64,000 nt of DNA from Callorhinchus milii (taxonomy: Eukaryota), in assembly GCF_018977255.1 (NCBI RefSeq), contig NW_024704743.1, positions 67,954,001-68,018,000 on the forward strand, given 5' to 3'. Below the pieces are notes generated by a model. That model saw nothing but the letters and a program-made list of their open reading frames with translations. It was not told the DNA's origin and made no database searches. This document shows positions 12,195 through 24,328 of the stretch, one piece after another (the first letter of the stretch is position 1; each line of letters begins with the position of its first letter). Position numbers and translations under genes: made by a program.

Positions 12195-12605
12195 TCTGAA
12201 CTCACACTCCAATGCAGTTCTGGAGATGCGCTGCATTGTTGAAGATACAGTCCTTCGGATGAAAAGTAAACAAAGCTCCTGTCTGTCTGTTTTAGTGCAG
12301 ATTAAAGATCGTCTCGCATCAGGATCACCATTCGAAGAGAGAAGGGATTTTCTCTCTGTGTCCTTAATAATAATAATAATAATCCTTGCATTTGATATAG
12401 CGCTTTTGCCAACAAACCCCCAAATGATATCGATCTTGACTGTTTGTGGGACATTGCTCTGAGCTAACTGGCTGTCCCGTTTACCCACAAAACACACAGT
12501 CGAATCACTGCACTTTACAGCAAAAATTCTGCAAAGCACTTTGAGACGTCTCAACGACATGAAAGTAGTCACGTTATAAAATGCAAGGTTTATTATTTAT
12601 TATTA
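12195..12605 (+). mobile_element. Older Deu-type SINE containing a short antisense SINE-tail stub (~12366-12410)
   Basis: CACTCCAATGCAG..CTGCATTGTTG..CCTTCGGATGA..TGTTTGTGGGACATTGCT..GCACTTTGAGACGTCTCAA. Confidence 0.8.
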
Positions 12606-13569
12606 GCATCCCTCTGGTGGTGAAAACATGAAGTAGCAGTTCATTGATTCAAATTCTTGGCAGTATTTTAAAGTCGAAGCACACAAGTCAAAATAAATAA
12701 TGGCATTTTAGCATTCTATATCACATGAATGGCTTACAAAAGAACCCAAAGTCATGGAAGCCACGAGAGCAAAGCCTGATCAATTTATAACCTTACCCTA
12801 AATTGAGATAACCGCATGGATTTCCCTTCATGGCATCTTTTCTCTGTTGTTTTTGTGAGAAAACACAATTTTAACATGCCAGGAGGTACAGTGCTACAGT
12901 CTCCCATATCTTGTTTCACCTCACACACTGAGGCTGAAAATAATGACTCAAAAGCACACAGAATCATTTTTATTCAAATATAAATCATATCACTCTATGG
13001 TGACAAAATGAATTCAACTAAAAACAAAGCATTTGAAACACTTTTACTTTTAGTCATCACTTTAATACTCTGTCGACAGGCTTTTTTATTCCAGCATATC
13101 ATTTCAACCTGTTTTGATTTTACTTTTATTTTTTAACTATTTTAACTTTTTCCCCTTCAACTCCTTTCTTGGAAAATCTTTGGAAAATTGGTAGCAACTT
13201 TAAAAACAAGGAGAACATTTTTACAATTATATAGCATTTTCATATTAGGTGACGTCTCAAAGTACTTGACAGAGCACCCACAAAAATAAGTCTTGATTGA
13301 AAACAAGCCAGAAAAGGCCAGAAGTATGGCCATTGACATACAGAAGGTTAATCTTTGTTGTAAAAGGTGTGTTTGTGGGGTTTTCAAATGAGTGACATTA
13401 TTGGCTCTCATGCCCGAGCTCACAGAGAAACGGTAGATGAGCGATACAGTCCCATGGTTAATGTCCTGGAGAAGTTGCATTCATTGTAGGATCAGATTTT
13501 GTGGCAGCAGTGGTTATCAGCCTGCACAATATTAACCTGCACTGTGTCATTCATGTATGTCAATATTCC

Positions 13570-13720
13570 TGCTGCAGGATTGGAGCACTCGCCTCGCAAG
13601 CAAGAGGACCTGGGTTCGAAACCCGGCAGAGTGAAACATTAGGCAGGTTTCCTTACTCCACATGCCTTTGTTTACCTAGCAGTGAATAGGAACCTGATTG
13701 TTGATTGGCAGATTGCTTTT
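13570..13720 (+). mobile_element. tRNA-SINE 5' portion (long form)
   Basis: GAGCACTCGCCTCGCAAGCAAGAGGACCTGGGTTCGAAACCC..TTTCCTTACTCCACATGCCTTTGTTTACCTAGCAG. Confidence 0.8.
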
Positions 13721-13829
13721 CGGGTGGGGGTGGGGGGATTTCTTCCAGTGTTCTGGCCAACAAACCTCCAGATAAAATTGTTCTTTCTCTTCATGAACTT
13801 TCTTGGGACATTTAACCTGAAGCATGTGG

Positions 13830-14150
13830 TGAATTCAGGAACATATCTACCCTACAAATCAAACTGCTCCTTTTGCTCACCGGCCTGTTTCATGACCCCT
13901 GCCCTATCTGCCTCACCATCAGAGGGCAGGCTTTCAGTCATTCTGTGCCTGGTCTTTGTAATTCCAATGTAGAGCCTCTCCAATTTGCTCTCTCCCTCTG
14001 TCCTGTCTTCCAAGACACATCTCAAAACGTACCTTCCTGACTGTGCTTTCAGTCATCTCTCCCCACCACCCCTCTCAGCTCCCACCTCAGCTCGAGTGCC
14101 CATCCAACATTGTGACGCACTTTGAGATGCCCTCCTGATGTGAAAAAGTT
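13830..14150 (+). mobile_element. Older L2 3' fragment
   Basis: CCATCAGAGGGCAGGCTTTCAG..CCAAGACACATCTCAAAAC..GCACTTTGAGATGCCTCCTGATGTGAAA. Confidence 0.75.
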
Positions 14151-15053
14151 TGCCCAAGCTTAACCCTCCACTTTATTTTGCTTGAACTCTCTTAAAATAC
14201 TGACCAGCATCCTCCACTGCAGCTGTTGAACCCTGTCAATTTAATTTCCCCTGTGTCTATTGACTGAGTCCTACATTTAAATCTCTGCTTCTGCAATGTG
14301 TTTTGTTTTGAATAAGGTCAAGCCACTGAAAAATACATCTATTCTCTTGAGGTGCTGCGAGGCAATGGTAAAACACAGTTCTGTCTTGTTGAAAAAAAAC
14401 TGTGTTTGAAGATTTTAACCCAGAAGACAGCCAAGCAGTAACAGCACATATGATTAATACAGATTCAACCTGTGGAGGTAGCAAAAACCTCTTGGTGGAT
14501 TACTCAAGTAGCATGAGGTTGTGAGAACTGTCTCCTTGTTAAACAAACATCCATATTTAAGTTGTGCGTAGGCAAATCAAAAAATACAGGGTTCAATCCC
14601 ATTCAACCCATTTATCATCAATGGAGAAAATTCTGCATACAGTATATATCACCATCCCAACTATACGTTTAACTAATGAAATTACATAGCATACAGGCTA
14701 TGCTATCTAGATATTGATTTTATGCATTATATCAGTCATGCATTTCTGATATTTTTCAATTTTATTTGCACCCTCTTTACACTCTGGAAACTATCATATA
14801 CTGAATGCTAAAAATAGCTTTATTTTTGTTATGCCTTTAAATTGATTTCCCCCTCCCCTTCAACTCTTATTCCGTTCCTTCATTTCCTTTGCTTTACCCA
14901 ACTATTTTGAAACACAAGACCAATAGGAGACCTATCAATCCATCAAATCTGCTTTACCTATCTTTGCCCTACAGCAGATCTTTTAATCCCATTTTCCCAC
15001 CTTTCTCTGTGTCCCATAATACCTTTATTTTAGCCCTTGTTTTCGTCAGCTAG

Positions 15054-15200
15054 GTGTCTGACATATGCAGGAATATTTAAGTGTGTCCAAACCAAACTGA
15101 GATTTCCATGCATCTCACCTTTACTTGGAAATTCCAGAGCTACTTAGTAGAATGGAATGCGCACTCTCTCCTTGGAGGAACTCATCCTGCTTACCTTATT
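15054..15200 (+). repeat. Unclassified old dispersed repeat, family X (copy)
   Basis: GTGTCTGACATATGC..CCAAACCAAACTGAGATTTCCATGCAT..GGAAATTCC..GAATGGAATGCGCACTCTCTCC, shared with 15958, 30420, 39620 and 58190. Confidence 0.75.
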
Positions 15201-15957
15201 CCAGAGAGTATTAGGCGCAGCTTGGCAAGAGCCAAGACTCAAGAATATGTGTTGGGGTACTGTTGGAGCGGAACCAGCTATCCTGCATAGCTCGTCATTG
15301 AGAACACCATCTGCCAAGCTTTCCCGCTGCTTGTTCAACTACCCATTATGGCTTACAGGGATAACAGGAGCTGAGTGGGAAGATTCCCTGCCCTACTGAT
15401 TGGGCTTGATTCTGATATTCTATTGCCAAACATTTCACCTTGGTGCCAATTCAGCTCCAAGGAGACCCCGCTTACCGCCCCCCAAGGAAGATAGTCATTT
15501 CAGCCATTCTGCCCCTACTCTCTGTAGCTCCATCCCAGAGTCCCTCTGACTCGACCTTCCATCCCCACTTTCAAAGCTTTCAAGACTTTTTGACTGTGCT
15601 TTTGGTCATCTTTCCCCTCCCCATCCTATACAGCTCCCATCCCCTTGCTCAGTTGCCCAGCCAGCAGTGTAAAACATCCTCTAGACATGAAAGATGCCAT
15701 ATAATGTAATTGTATTGTATTTCCAAGTATATGTCTGACTCCCTTTTAAACAACCCATTCAATTCTGCCTATATGTGCAGCTCATTTTACATTTGCCTAC
15801 AACAACAACAACTCACATTTGTATAGTGCCTTTCACGTTGGGAGGCACTGGACAGTCAGGAATACACCCTCTGTATGAAGAAATATTTTCTGATCTCACA
15901 TCTAATTGGTTTAAATAATTCTAGCCCTTGTTTTTGGAAGAGGGAAGAATTGTCTCT

Positions 15958-16110
15958 CAGCCAATGTGTCTGACATATGCGGAAACTCACCACTATGCTT
16001 AAGATTATCCGAACCATAGAGTTCCATGCATGTCACCTATGCATGGAAATTTCCATAATCTGGAATGGAATGTGCATTCTCTCCCTGGAGGGACGCACCC
16101 TGATTTCTAC
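15958..16110 (+). repeat. Unclassified old dispersed repeat, family X (copy)
   Basis: GTGTCTGACATATGCGGAA..TTCCATGCAT-GTCACCT-ATGCATGGAA..GGAATGGAATGTGCATTCTCTCCCTGGAGGGAC. Confidence 0.75.
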
Positions 16111-16946
16111 GTCTCCTAGACTTCCCTGTTTAGCTCTTGTACAATTGGTCGCACTTTCCCCATTTAAAACATTCCAATCCACCACTCTTACAACCAAAGT
16201 CTATTATCTCACACCTAGGCTCCACTCTGAGCATTTGTATTTCTCATCATTACCTTCTGTGTTATTTGGTTCTGTATTCATGTGTGTAATTGTCTTAGAA
16301 TAATAATTGCTCTAATATTGCTACTTATCAGAGAGCGATTAGAGTGCCATTTTAGCTTCAGTTAAAAGACATAACAAAATATGATTATTTTTAGCAATTA
16401 ACATATTATAGAACCAGCATGCATAGATTTTTATCCAATAACTTGTCATGTTAAGATGGCCTTGGAATCCTGAGAGGGTGCCACTAAAGTTGAAAAATGT
16501 AAGGAGCTCATTACGGTAATATTTGATGATCTCCTTTACCGCTGGTGGCAATGTACCATACTTTAACTTGGGCTCAATCCATCTCAGATTGAAGTACTTC
16601 CCACTACTGGTCTGCCAATTTCTCCAGACAATTTATATGAGTTTGGTCTTTCTTTATCCCACTGTAATTTGCTTTCTTCCAGTCCATCACCTTTATCATT
16701 CACTCCAGTTTTTCATTCTCTGCTCTCACAGTAAACCTCATTAGATTATCAATACTATTTCCTATATGCTCTCATTTTACCTTACTTACTTGTCCTGGTT
16801 CATTGCCCAGAACTGGATCTAACACTCAATTATTTCTTGGTGAATTTGTGATATATTGATTGAGAAAACAGGCCTGGTTACATTTCAAGATACTTTCCCC
16901 ATGTTAACCACACGTATTTGCATTATCCCAGTAAACCGGGATGTTT

Positions 16947-17270
16947 GGAGTCCTGTAGCTCAGTGGTTAGAGCACTCGCTTTGCAAGTGAGAGACCTGAG
17001 TTCAATTCCAGGCAGAGGGCGAAACCTTGGGCAAGTTTCCTTACTCCACACGCCTAATAATAATCCCTCCAAAACCAAAAACAATAATAAATTGGTCATT
17101 TTCAATCTACGACTGTTTGTGGGACATTGCTGTGCGCAATTGGCTGCCGCGTTCGCCTACAAATATTCAGTCAATTCACTTTACAGTGTGTTCTGTGAAG
17201 CGCTTTGGGACGTCCTCCCGACGTGAAAAGCGCTATATCAAATGCAAGGATTATTATTATTATATTATTA
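16947..17270 (+). mobile_element. Young full-length tRNA(Ala-like)-derived Deu-type SINE (short form)
   Basis: A box TAGCTCAGTGG, anticodon-like arm CTCGC-TTTGCAA-GTGAG, B box GAGTTCAATTCC, Deu-like body, L2-like 3' stem-loop and (ATT)n tail. Confidence 0.96.
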
Positions 17271-17304
17271 TAAACCTTGGGATAGTTAAACTCGTCAGCT
17301 ATTA

Positions 17305-17590
17305 AATCCTTTGGATGGGCTTTTAAACTAAGGTCCTGCTCAGGTGAATGATAATGATAAAGATCCAGTGACATAGCTAAAAAGAGAAGTGAGTTTCTCC
17401 TGGTGTCCTGTCCAACAGTCACCCAGATACAATGGTATCTCCCTTCATGACTGTTAAGTGCTAAATGCAAATTGGCTGCCACATATAGAGTCAATATTCT
17501 CCTACAGTATATCCTGTGAAGTGCTTTGAGATGTTTCAATGACAGGATAAGGTGCTACATCAATCGTAAGGATTATTATATTATCCTATT
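17305..17590 (+). mobile_element. Older Deu-type SINE (partial)
   Basis: CTTTGGATG..TTAAACTAAGG..AAAGATCC..GCAAATTGGCTGCC..GTGCTTTGAGATGT..GGATTATT. Confidence 0.75.
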
Positions 17591-17914
17591 ATTACAGCAA
17601 ACCTCCCTAAATTGCCTGCAGTTGACATCCTTTATTATTTCTTAACTCAAATGGGTCATGCATTCTATGATCCCCTTACACATAATTTCAACCAATTTTT
17701 AAAGGTATGCTACAAAGAGTCATGGAATTTAGTAAATTAAATCAAGAAAAGGTGTCTGAGGAGTATCGTCTTAAATCTAATTATTCTTTTAATTTCTAAT
17801 AGTTATAGGCTATTATGTGTACAGTGTACAGTGAGAGCATCACTTCCTAAATCTATGGATCTGCTTTTACATGCCCAATATGTTATGCTTGATTCTTTAT
17901 TCTTATCAATATAT

Positions 17915-18535
17915 TGCAAATTTATGTTTATATTGCACATTTGACATCTGGAGGAAGTCCCAAGGCACCTGACAGTCCTATCTTAGCATCTGAGCAAGGG
18001 GTGGGAGCCGAGGGAGATGGGGAGGGGAAAGATGATCGAAGGACCATAAAAGAAGAAGGTCTTGAGATGGATCTTGAAAGAGATGAGGCAGGGCATGAGT
18101 CAGAGGGACTCAAGGATGGAGTTCCATGGACTGGGGCAGCTAGGATAAAAGCCTGAACGCCAATGGTGGAGGAAGTAGGGCATAAAGTAAGCCAGCACTT
18201 GCTGAAAGGAAGGGAGCCGCCATGTTGGTATGGTTTAAGTAGATCACATAGGTAGGATGGGGTAAGGTTATAGAAGGATTTGAAGATGAGGACAAGAATC
18301 TTGAATTCAATCAGCTGGGGGATGGGAAGCTGATTGAGACAAGCGAGATGGGGCTGATAGGCTCTTAGAGTCCAGTGCGAGAAAGCACATGGGATAGAGT
18401 TCTAGATAGCCTGCAGTTTGTGAAGGGAAGAGTTGGGTAATTAGGCTAATAGAGCATTGGCATATTAAAGCCTGGTCCCGCATAAATGTATGGATTAATT
18501 TTTCAGTGGCCCGAAGGAAGTAGAGGCAGAGGAAT
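17915..18535 (-). mobile_element. Older L2 3' fragment
   Basis: GATGGAGTTCCA, GAGGACAAGAATCTTGAATTC, GGGGATGGGAAGC, CTGCAGTTTGTGAAGGGAAG, all antisense to the L2 at 1-764. Confidence 0.85.
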
Positions 18536-20569
18536 GAACCTTGACTTTTTCAGAAAGTTAAAGATTTTCTCTTGTCTCAAGAGCTTTACAGTGCTTATTA
18601 TCAAGTGTCTTCTGAAAGCAAAGATAAAATAGAAATCGACTTCTACAATTAGAAAGCAAACATGTTAGGTACCATTGGAATGAATTTCTCATGAAGGCTA
18701 TTGAAGCAGACAGTAGAAATGGATTCAATGGGCGAGTTAATGGAGAGAGAAGAGATTGAGAGATATGGAAAGGAAGCAAGTTGCTAGAATTGATGAATAA
18801 AATAGGGACAGAGAATAATTCTTATGTTCGAAGCCAACATTAGAAAAAAACTTGTTAAAGAACATACAAACATTGGATGTAGTGGTAAAAGAAAACTGCA
18901 GAAAAGTACGAATGAGAAACAACATGAGAGGAGAAAATTACATTAGCGATCAAATATAAAGCAAAATTAAACCAGGAAGATACTAAGGCAGTGTTCTACA
19001 TGTATTTCTCCTTCTAAATATAAACCCACTACACATTACTGTAAATCCTGTGAAGGACTTTGAGACATCCTCTCAATGTGAAACCGCTATATCAAATATA
19101 CGGCTTATTGTTATATTTCAACTTTTTAATGCCATGAATAATTCAAATCATGGCGTTCAGAACATCAACAACTGTGATAAACTGTGTTTTGTGAATGGAG
19201 TTTCCATTGATATGTGAGATGCATCTCCTATGCTATTTACAAGTGCAATATGATTATTTATGCATTCAGTAAACGCAGGTGGTAATTATGATGGAAATGA
19301 TTCACGTGTATCATTAGAATTGAGTGCACTGATCCCCCCCTCCCGCCGGAATAAATACATTTTGTCATCTAAAGAACATTTGGAGCAGGGAAGGCTATGT
19401 GACTGCCAGAATGGGCCATACGTTAGGAGGGGACTCTCCCTCTCAACAGTCTTCTGACTCCTCACCACTGACAGTACCTATTGAATGAAAAGGGGTATAA
19501 AAGCCATTCCCACACCAGCGAATGCCTAATTTGGAGAAGAACAGCTTGAGGAAATAGCCCAAGTGGTCGGTGCCCTCAACATGCATTGAGGTTCATTTTG
19601 TATGTTGCATTAGAATTGGCTGTTCCTCCAAATCCACCTCCTTTAGCCCTCTGTTCCATTCCCCTCATGTCCCACCATTGGTAGCTGAGTCTTCAATCAT
19701 CACCTGCATAGAGGCAATTTCTACCTCTGACATAACTGTGTACCAGCTACAATATCAAACACAAGAGTGGGAATATATTATCCTTTCATCAATAAAACAT
19801 ACCACTTTTTGGTCAGATGAGCCTAATCTATCTAAATTGTGATCAAATTCCTATATTTATGGATAACTCTACAACATTTATATTGGGAGTACAATGGATT
19901 GTCAGTTACCTTTGTATGTATCCTTGTATTTAAATGTTTTTCTCTGTCATGGCTAATTATAATATTCAAGCATCTGTACTAAAAAATAATGTTATCTTCA
20001 TCTTAAACTAGATGACAACTCGGCACAATGACATTCTGCAATTTATTTTATTACAACTGAATCTTTTATTATACATGTGCAATGGTTTAATTCTATTGCT
20101 CTTGAAAAAATTCTGAAATTAAACCAAAATAACCAGGATTTATTTTTAATACAGTGATTTAAACCTAATCAGAATTGCCTGCTGATTCGCAATTTGGAAG
20201 CTGAAAAATTCTATGTAATCCTAGTACAGCTTTCTTTACCCAAGATTCTTATTGCAAAGTTATATAACACATTTGAAAATGGATGTAATTTTTTTTCAAA
20301 TTAATTTTATTTATAAAAGATCCAAACAGCTTCAATGAAGCAAAGATTTATGAGGCAGTAACAAAGTCATTACAGTAAATTGAGTAAAACTGCATGAGGC
20401 AAACAGGAAATGAAGGACAAAGAATGAGCAAGGGGGAAGACTTAGAGAGAGAGAAAAGACATAGACACAAACACTACTGATACTCACGCAGCAAGTTTTA
20501 ACGAAATATTAATAGATAATTATTGAGAGCTTAAAGAAGCATTTAGAAAATATTAAATGTATTTTCATC

Positions 20570-20790
20570 GTCATTCGCTTCACCGCTTTTTGTGGGACAT
20601 TGCTGCGTGCAAATTGGCTGCCACGTTCACCAACAAAATGCAGCCATTACACTTTACAATAAATCTTGTGAAGTACTTTGAGATGTCCTCCTGACTTGAA
20701 AGGCACTATATCAAATGTAATGCTTCCAGCATCTTGGGACATCCTCCTGACGTGAAAGGCACTGTATAAATATAAGGTGTTGCTGTTGTA
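20570..20790 (+). mobile_element. Deu-type SINE 3' part followed by an L2 tail stub
   Basis: TGTGGGACATTGCTGCGTGCAAATTGGCTGCC, then a second GGGACATCCTCCTGACGTGAAAGGCACT..GTTGCTGTTG. Confidence 0.8.
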
Positions 20791-21125
20791 ATATAAATAT
20801 TTGTAACATTAACAGTGGAATACTTTTAAAGAAAGTAAACAATCCTAAGATTAATTGGAATGAAGAAGACATTTTGCCGCATCTGATCTCATCGCTTCAG
20901 AATACTCAACCTACCGTCCCCCATCACAGCAGCAACCTGTTTTTTTAAGCCTGATGTCTGTCCTGAAATTGCACTTTGCAACTCTAAACCTGTGTCCAAT
21001 TATTTTACTATCTTGGTGCATCTTAATGTATTAGTTAGGGTTGACTTTTTCAATCTCGTAAAATTTTAAACAGTGCAGTTGATAGCTCAGTTTGAGTATC
21101 TAACATTTGCTAAAAGGTACAGTTA

Positions 21126-21450
21126 TAATAATAATAATAATAATAATCCTTGCATTTGATATAGCGCTTTTCACGTCGGGAGGACGTCCCAAAGCGCTTC
21201 ACAGAATATACTGTAAAGTGAGTTGACTGTATATTTGTGGGCGAACGCGGCAGCCAATTGCGCACAGCAATGTCCCACAAACAGTCATAGATTGAAAATG
21301 ACCAATTTATTATTGTTTTTGGTTTTGGAGGGATTATTATTAGGCGTGTGGAGTAAGGAAACTTGCCCAAGGTTTCGCCCTCTGCCTGGAATTGAACTCA
21401 GGTCTCTCGCTTGCAAAGCGAGTGCTCTAACCACTGAGCTACAGGACTCC
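21126..21450 (-). mobile_element. Young full-length Deu-type SINE with 7-bp TSD ACAGTTA
   Basis: Near-identical reverse complement of 16947-17260. ACAGTTA occurs at 21119-21125 and 21451-21457. Confidence 0.97.
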
Positions 21451-22227
21451 ACAGTTAGAACAGTGCTAAGTAAATTCGAAATTACATCATTCAAATTCAA
21501 AATCCATTCACTTTATTAAGGAGAGAACTACTTAAAGTAACTACAGTAGTCTCAGTCTGAGACCATTTTGTTGAATTGTTGTAGTATTAACTGTGGCAGA
21601 TTTATAGAAACACACAGAATACCCTTTTATTAAGAAGATAAAATGTACTTCTGGTAATTATTTAATTTTGCAGTTAGAGTATGTTGGCTATTAAAATGAT
21701 TATCTTCCGTGAATTTTAAGTTTAGTTTAGTATCTTATGAATACAATATTTAAGAATGCAAATAAGCAGTGTGTAAAAGCCTAATACTCACGAGTAACGA
21801 AAAAAACTATTTCTGAGGACAAATTCAGAGACAAGAAAATTTCCATCTCTATCCAAATAATTATATTGTAAAAAATATTATTTTCAGGGTAGGATTGAAT
21901 GTGGATTTATTTTCTATTACATAAGGTCTATTGGCTGTTTCACGTAATAATAAAGTCACATTTATAGCTTTATTCTATAAGGTAATTCCAGCATTTCTTT
22001 GTGAAAGGATGAAAGTTTGATGGAGGAGGTTTTTAGACTCAAAATCCCATTTCAGAAAAAATGTCACACCTCAATATCTTATGAAGCCCAACTCTATAAG
22101 ATTTTTTTTGGAAATCAATGACTACTGTAAGGATGATGTTATTAAAGTTACACAATCAACCCTATACTCAAACAACATTTGATCAAATTCTCCAAACAGC
22201 AAAACAACTACTTCAACTTTTATAGTT

Positions 22228-22420
22228 AATAATAATAATCCTTGAATTTTGATATTTGATATAGTGCCTTATCACATCACAAAGACATCTCAAAGCGCTT
22301 CACAGGATATACTGCAAAGTGAATTGACTGTATATTGCAAATAAAACGTGGCAGCCAGTTGCACATAGCAATGTGCCACAAACAGCCATGCAGTGACCAA
22401 CCAATTTTATTTGGGGGATT
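22228..22420 (-). mobile_element. Deu-type SINE 3' portion
   Basis: AATAATAATCCTTG..CTCAAAGCGCTTCACAG..GGCAGCCAGTTGCACA. Confidence 0.85.
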
Positions 22421-22879
22421 TATTTGTAGTTCCTTCCACAAAGGATGAACGTCTTGAAACACTTTACATAAACAATGGGGAAGGCAGAACAGAGAAGAAA
22501 AGAGCAGTGTTGACTAAATGCATCGAAAACAAATCTATTACCCATACCTTCCAGCACGTTAATACATGTATCATGTGGTTTATAGAAATGACAAATTGAT
22601 TCTAATATGAATATTTCTTGATTCAAAAACACCTATGACAGGGAAAGGTGCACAGTAGTAAAGATAGAGAAAAGAAAACAATTTGGTAGAAGATTAGCTA
22701 TTCAGTTGCTCATTGAGTTCTGCCTTAAGCACAAATCGGGCAAAACGGTGGGAGGAAGAAAAGCAATGTCAATTTGACATCAATGAATGGTATCAATATA
22801 ATAGAAATAAATGATCAAAATGGATTTTAAGTTTTGTGAAGCTGGAACTGTGGATCCACATGTATATAATAATATATAA

Positions 22880-22992
22880 TAATATAATAATCCTTGCATT
22901 TGATATAGCGCTTTCCAAGTCTTCTAGACGTCTCAAAGCACTTCACAGAATATACTGTCAAGTGAATTGACTGTATATTTGTGGGCGAATAT
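22880..22992 (-). mobile_element. SINE 3' stub
   Basis: AATCCTTGCATTTGATATAGCGCTTT..CTAGACGTCTCAAAGCACTTCACAGAATATAC. Confidence 0.85.
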
Positions 22993-23410
22993 AATGCAAC
23001 AACAACACAAAATTACATTTGTATAGCGCCTTTTACAATTCAATAATGTTAGGAGACTAGGATATTTGTTTACATTTGGTGGTCAGGATCAACAATGCTT
23101 TATATCTTTGTATACTTTATCAATGGTTAGTCACTTCTCTTAGAAAATTAAATAAACTGGGTCAATTGCTCACTGATGTAAACCATACATTGTCTGTTGG
23201 AAGATATGGGCTTTTGGACACAATATTATGACCTTATGCATAAGTTATTAGTTTCATACAAGTATATGATTCATATAAAAATTATAAGCAAATACAAATA
23301 TAAAAGGGTCACATTACAGATCTGACAGCACAGAGAGGTTTGGACTCTTCCTTTCAATTCCACAACTTGGAATTTTTCTTCAAATCACAAACTGTTTTGC
23401 CCGATTTGTG

Positions 23411-23540
23411 AGCCTTTGGTCACCCTCCTATCCTTACACCCCAATGCCCCACCAGCTCGGGTGGTTCCCTGACAGTATGCGCCTTGGGATGTCCTCCTGA
23501 CGTGAAAAGCCCTATACAAATGTAATTTGTTGGTGTTGGC
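23411..23540 (+). mobile_element. L2 3' stub
   Basis: GCCTTGGGATGTCCTCCTGACGTGAAAAGCCCTATACAAATGTAATTTGTTG. Confidence 0.8.
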
Positions 23541-23736
23541 AAGTTGAAACCTGAATTGAAGGATAAAATTTACAGGCACCTGCACATGTGCTTTACACCC
23601 TTTTTGCTGCCAAGTCACTGACTGAACCTAATCCACCTGGTTTTCAGAGGGACAAACATCTTCAGATTGCTGTGACTCCCGACCATTACCAAGTACGCTG
23701 AACCTCTGTCACGGTTACCCTATTCTTGCAGTCTTT

Positions 23737-24328
23737 TGTAATGTATTATATGTACATATAACTATCTAATATTATTTAAGGGAACTGGGGAGGCCTGCCC
23801 TTTAAATGGGTTCTGTAAGATTCCAAGTTGCAGAAGCTGTTTGCAGCACAGAGTTAATAAGCAGCCTGCAGAGTAAAATAACACATGGGCGCTTGTGTGG
23901 GAAAAAACTCTTGCAGTCACATGATATGGTGGGCAGAGCCACATGCCTATATAAAGCAATGCTTGGCATTCCTCGTGGTCGCTAACTAATAATCGTCATC
24001 CGGTACATACTGATGTGTGCAGGACTACTGTACAGTCAGGTTGGTTTAATATTTATTTACTAATGTAGTATTGTATTGCCAGTTGTTATAATTATGTGTG
24101 ATTGTTACATTTGCTCCCATCGTTGTATATCTTAAATTGTTGTGTTCCTTATATGCAAGGTTTGCCTAGGGTTGCTATGTTTTAATAAAGAGCTGTTGTT
24201 TCGACCCAATGTATCTTCGAGTTTCTGTAGTATTCAAGACAAGAAAAGAAGTAAGCACTTTGGAGAGTAGTCGTCAACATCAGATTTCCACTAGTGCGAG
24301 TAGGCGCCGATTAGACATTCCAGTTACA
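23737..24328 (+). mobile_element. Probable solo LTR (boundaries uncertain)
   Basis: TGTAA...TTACA termini, TATATAAA at 23948 and AATAAA at 24184, in U3-R-U5 order. No matching TSD found. Confidence 0.5.

Noticed and set aside
16947..17020. tRNA-Ala(TGC)-like gene (also at 21380-21450, 31863 and 59015)
   Set aside because: There is no proper acceptor stem or Pol III terminator. The sequence continues into a SINE body with an (ATT)n tail and TSDs, so these are SINE heads.
17027..17305. Recurrent near-identical ORFs (MGKFPYSTRL.. at 17027 and 21110; RNWLPRSPTNIQ.. at 59196)
   Set aside because: These are chance open frames in multicopy SINEs, not a gene family.
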